Assembly (NCBI RefSeq): GCF_020745735.1 | Contig: NW_026867509.1 | Coordinates: forward strand, 372,001 to 436,000 | Direction of reading: 5' to 3' | Source: Hemiscyllium ocellatum | Taxonomy: Eukaryota | DNA length: 64,000 bases | Part shown: piece after piece, positions 59,407 through 64,000 of the stretch | Layout: each line of letters begins with the position of its first letter | Position numbering within the stretch: position 1 is the stretch's first letter | Notes under the pieces: model-generated | What the model was told of the DNA's origin: nothing | Seen by the model: the letters and a program-made list of their open reading frames with translations, nothing else | Databases searched by the model: none | Position numbers and translations under genes: made by a program

Positions 59407-62400
59407 CAAAAGATAGTCCAACCACCATCATTGGATTTCAATATCATTGCCTAACTAAAATGGCACCTTCAAAATCCTAGTGATTCCATTCATCAGAAAC
59501 TCGACCAGCCATATAAATGTGATTAAATGAGCGGTTCACAATATAGGAACAAGCAAAATATTCACCGCCTGTCTCCCTCACACATGTCATTGGCTGCAAG
59601 GACAGAGGTCAGATATGTGATAGAATACTCTTCACTTATCTTGAACAACGCAACTCTTGCGACACTAAGGAAGCTCGACAACATTCAAGACAAAAGATTT
59701 CAGTGCCGGTGTCAGGGGAGAACAGATCTTCACTGAAACGAAAATGCTTGCTTAGAAATCATATTAGTTTGTATGAAGTAAATTGTTGCAATTATGTGTA
59801 AAGGGCAGACATGTAATTGATAGCGTTCTTAAAAGCAACAGATATCATAGAATGAATTATAAAGATAATTGGTATGAATCCGGTTGTACGAATGCAATTC
59901 ACAAGCACACTTGTTCAATGTTAGATTTAGATAAGTAAGTTGTTTCTTGCTGACTTTAAAGTTGGCATCAGCGATTGATTTTTATTTAACCAGTAGAATT
60001 TGCTGCAAGACAGGCTACACCACAGTTCATGTTTGATTTTTACTGAGTAAAGTCGAGATACGCCTCTTTGGGTGTTTCCATTTTAGTTTTCAGAGGAGGT
60101 GGGTCAACCTCCATTGCAACAATTGTCACACATTTCCAAATAATGATTTTTGTTTTCATTCATGTGTGGAAATTGGCCATCGCTGAAGACAAGTATTTGT
60201 TGATCATCACTAATTTCCACTGATCAGCGTTGTTCACAGTGCTATTTCAGAAGAAAGTTAAGAGTCAATTGCATTCCTATGGATCTGAAGTCACAAACGT
60301 GTGTGAACACATGAGGAGGCATCTTCCTTCCCCACCTTGCATCATTGAACCATTTTTGAAATCACTATAATTGCCATTAATTATCATGCTCTCCACTCCA
60401 AGGCTTTTTTCTAAATTGTAAAATTACTCGATGAACTCAAGTTCCAACAGCTGGCGTAGTCTGTTTTGAAGACGCACCAACTGTGGCATAGCCCCAGAAT
60501 TTCCCACCTGGCCTTGTTAAAATACTGACTTCAACAGTTGCAATTTTAGTCAACAAATTGATGACGCGACACCAATGGTGCTACCTTTAGGATTAGGCCA
60601 CTTTTTATTTGATTTGATTTATTGTAGACTCATATAATTAAATACGGTAAAAAGTTTTGTTTTGCAAACAGTACAGGCAGATCACAGAAAACAAGAGGGT
60701 GCTGACCCAGAGCGAAGTATAGGTGGGTACTGTTCCATAAGAGGCATGCAAAACATTAGGAAGTTCATACTTTTTGAACACCTCTCAGAATTCCATTAAC
60801 AATAGGGAAGAAGTTGATGTTGAACCCTTTTGTGAGTGTTGACGTTTCTGTATCTTTTTAATAACAGAGGAGATAGGAAGAGAGCATTACGTGTCTGGAA
60901 GAGTTCTTTAATGACATTGACAGCCTTTCTGTGGCAAGGAGGTGTAAATGGAGTCCAGGGATGGGAGTTTGCTTGCTGTGATGGTCTGAGCTGTGCATAC
61001 CAATTTTCTGTGGAAGATGTTGAATTCAGTGAAGGGAAAATATTCAAATCAGGCTGAACTCCTGAAGTTATAACTTAAAAATAGAAGACGGATCTTCAAA
61101 ACATTAATAAGCTTTTTTTAAAAATTAAGAATACTGTTTGGAATTTTCTTCTTCCTCAAAAGGCAATCAACGAAGTGTCCACGATCAGTGACTGTCTAAA
61201 TGTGGAAATGGATAACTTTCGAAAAAGGGGAATGTATTTGTTGTCTCAGACAGGGCAATGACCAGATTTAGGCAAATTTTCACGCACATGGTTCCAGTCT
61301 GACCATGTTTAATATAAATAAAAGGAGTAATCAGCGTCTGTTCTGATTTGGAAATGCAGAATTTCAAACTGCATGTGGGGTATTATGTTATCGACTCTAA
61401 TGCACGTGTCTGCTCATTTTACATCCTCAGACAATCACATTGTGTCGAAACTGTTCGTGATCTATCTTAACTGATCAGAGAGCACCCTGCCATAGACCAA
61501 GTGACGGTAGCCCGATGCTATCGTCTGCACAGTGAATTGTCATGAATGAGAGACGTTGTGAGTTGTGTTACAGTGCATATTTCAGTTGCTGTCATTTTTT
61601 AAACCCTGTTCTTCTTTTGGTTGTGAGGGAGAGAGATGCTTGATAAATATTTGGGAGGTGGATGTGGTTGAGACATCGTGCTTGGCTTTGCTGAGGAATG
61701 ATACTTGGGCCCTTGGACTGACAGATAGTTTAGGGTGGGCGAGGAGATGTCCTGTTTGGTATGTGATGGTGTGGTGTTGGGATTCCTTTGCCCTGTTCAT
61801 GGTGAGTATTGTAAATGTTATAGGAGGGAGTTATATTTTGATGGAAAAATGCAGTTGCAGAGAAAAGTAGTAAGATTCAGTTATGATGCAGAAAGTTCAA
61901 ACTAGTTCAGTCTTTACTAACAACGCTGTAATTTCCTGATACAATCATCAATCTGTGTCTCACTTGGAAAGTTAAGTCATGCATGTCGGTCAAACGGCAC
62001 TGGTGACAGTTAAAAGCTCAGTTGTCGTCGGCTTCAACGTGAATGCGTTTCCGAATTTTTCACAAAGCTGAATTCAATTTAGAGTCCACCTCTTAAAAAA
62101 ATCCAATCGGATCTGGAAAATATGTTTTCTTATCGCAAATGCATTGCCATGTGCTTATTATATTCTGTGTATTTCATCCTAGTGGAAGCTAATTCAAAAT
62201 CTTGTCTGTGTTGTAAGGGTCACGCACGAGGAACTGACTTTATTTAACAACATTATGTTAGCAGAAGCAATTTCTAATTATGTAACTGTTTATTATTCCT
62301 GTTATATTTCTCCTTGGCATTCAATGGGTCTGATGTTATTGCATGTAAACATATTAAAATTTTATGTCAATCCTCAAAACTAACATAAACATCATTTATT

Positions 62401-62699
62401 GCAACATCCTTCATGGTGGTTTTAATTTCCAAACTCGTCGTGTTTGGTTGTGGGCTTTGCCGTAGATGCTGTTTTTGTGGATGAGGCTGTAAACTATGTG
62501 ACGTTGGAAGTACATTTTTCAGCTCGTGATAGGTTCATTTTGTGCCTTGCTTGTAAGCGCGGATGTGGGTCAGCAGGGAATGCAAATAGTACAGTATTAG
62601 ATTGTTCATGCTTTGCAGTTGTTCCTCTCAATGAGTTCCATGCTTATTGAGGTAGATGTGTTACAACAACCTTAGCAGAAACTCTCTTATCTGAAGATA

Positions 62700-63960
62700 A
62701 TAGACAATAGACAATAAGTGCAGGAGTAGGCCATTCTGCCTTTCGAGCCAGCACCACCAATCATTATGATCATGACTGATCATCCTCAATCAGTATCCTG
62801 TTTCTGCCTTATCCCATAACCCTTGATTCCACTATGTATACGAGCTCTATGCAATTGTTTCTTGAAAGTATCCAGAGACTTGGCCTCCACAGCTTTCTGG
62901 GGCAGACCATTCCATACACCCACCACTCTCTGGGTAAAGTAGTTTCTCCTCAATTCTGTTCTAAGTGGCCTGCGCTTTATTTTTAAACTGTGCCCTCTGG
63001 TTCTGGACTCGCCCATCAGCGGAAGCATTTTTCCTGACTCCAGAGTGTCCAATCCTTTAATAATCTTATACGTCTCAATCAGATTCCCTCTCAGCCTTCT
63101 AAACTCAAGCGTATGCAAGTCCAGTCGCTCCAATCTTTCAGGGTAAGATAATCCCGCTATTCTGGGAATTGGCCTCGTGAACATAGCTGCACTCCCTCAA
63201 TAGTCAGAATGCCTTTCCTCAAATTTGGAGTCCAAAACTGCACACTATATTCCAGTTGTGGTCTCACCAGGGTCCTGTACAACTGCAGAAGGACCTCTTT
63301 GCTTCTATATTCAATTCCTCTTGTTATGAAGGCCAGCATGCTATTAGCTTTCTTCACTGGCTGCTGTACCTGCATGATTACTTTCATTGACTGATGTACA
63401 AGAGCACCTAGATCTCGCTGTACTGCCCCTTTACCTAACTTGACTCCATTTAGGTAGTAATCTGCCTTCCTGTTCTTGCCACTAAAGTGGATAACCACGA
63501 CATTATTCACATTAAACTGCATCTGCCATGCATCTGTCCACTCAATTAGCCTGTCCAGGTCACCCTGTATTCTCCTAACATGATCCTCCAATTTCACCCT
63601 GCCACCCAGCTCTGTGTCGTCAGCAAATTTGCAATAATACTTTTAATACCTTCATCTATATCATTAATATACATTGTAAAAAGCTGCAGTCCAAGCAATG
63701 ATCCCTGCGGCGCACCACTGGTCAACACCTGCCATTCTGAAAGGTGGCCGTTTATCACTACTCTTTGTTTCCTGTCAGCCAAACAATTTTCAATACATGA
63801 CAGTATTTTGCCCCAATACCATGTGCCATAATTTTGCTCACTAACCTCCTATGTGGGACTTTATCAAAGGCTTTCTGAAAGTCCATGTATACTACATTCA
63901 CTGGATCTTCAGAGTTACATCCTCAAAAAATTCCAGGGGATGCCCCCTCTGCCAGGGAAC
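62700..63960 (-). mobile_element. Relatively young CR1 LINE 3' portion (RT C-terminus + 3' UTR), frameshifted
   Basis: ORFs 63594-63782, 63157-63597 and 62786-63184 give RKQRVVING..SEWQVLTSGAPQGSLLG, WQMQFNV...KANSMLAFITRGIEYRSKEVLLQLYRTLVRPQLEY and LEFRRLRGNLIETYKI; (tagacaa)-type tail at 62700. Confidence 0.95.
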
Positions 63961-64000
63961 TGACTGTAACCCAACTCACGCTGTCTCTATTCATTGAAGT

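Noticed and set aside
1-64000. Prokaryotic-type systems (CRISPR arrays, operons, rRNA/tRNA genes)
   Set aside because: The sequence is intron-containing vertebrate DNA; the tRNA-like boxes belong to SINE heads and no regularly spaced repeat array is present.

Overview
Eukaryotic genomic DNA, almost certainly from a cartilaginous fish. HE1-type SINEs, CR1 LINEs and Penelope-like repeats suggest a carpet shark (Orectolobiformes); the taxon is an inference. The only intact protein-coding gene I can reconstruct is a two-exon class A GPCR of the shark-expanded 'GPR139-like' type (exon 1 38500-38569, exon 2 42786-43684, 322 aa). A paralogue at 2552-3450 is perfectly colinear but has one nonsense codon. 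Around these are about 12 clear and several weaker T-cell-receptor alpha/delta-type V gene segments in both orientations. Many retain a leader exon and/or RSS, and all are pseudogenes. I found no D, J or C segments. Coding and non-coding homology show that a block [GPCR exon 2 -> <- V-psi ... <- V-psi] occurs twice, about 40 kb apart. GPCRs and dead TCR V segments were therefore duplicated together as one cassette, which is the most interesting signal here. The rest is CR1, SINE, Penelope and Gypsy debris (some with hammerhead-ribozyme cores), microsatellites and a 365-bp assembly gap. Alignments were done by eye; ends of degenerate features are approximate.
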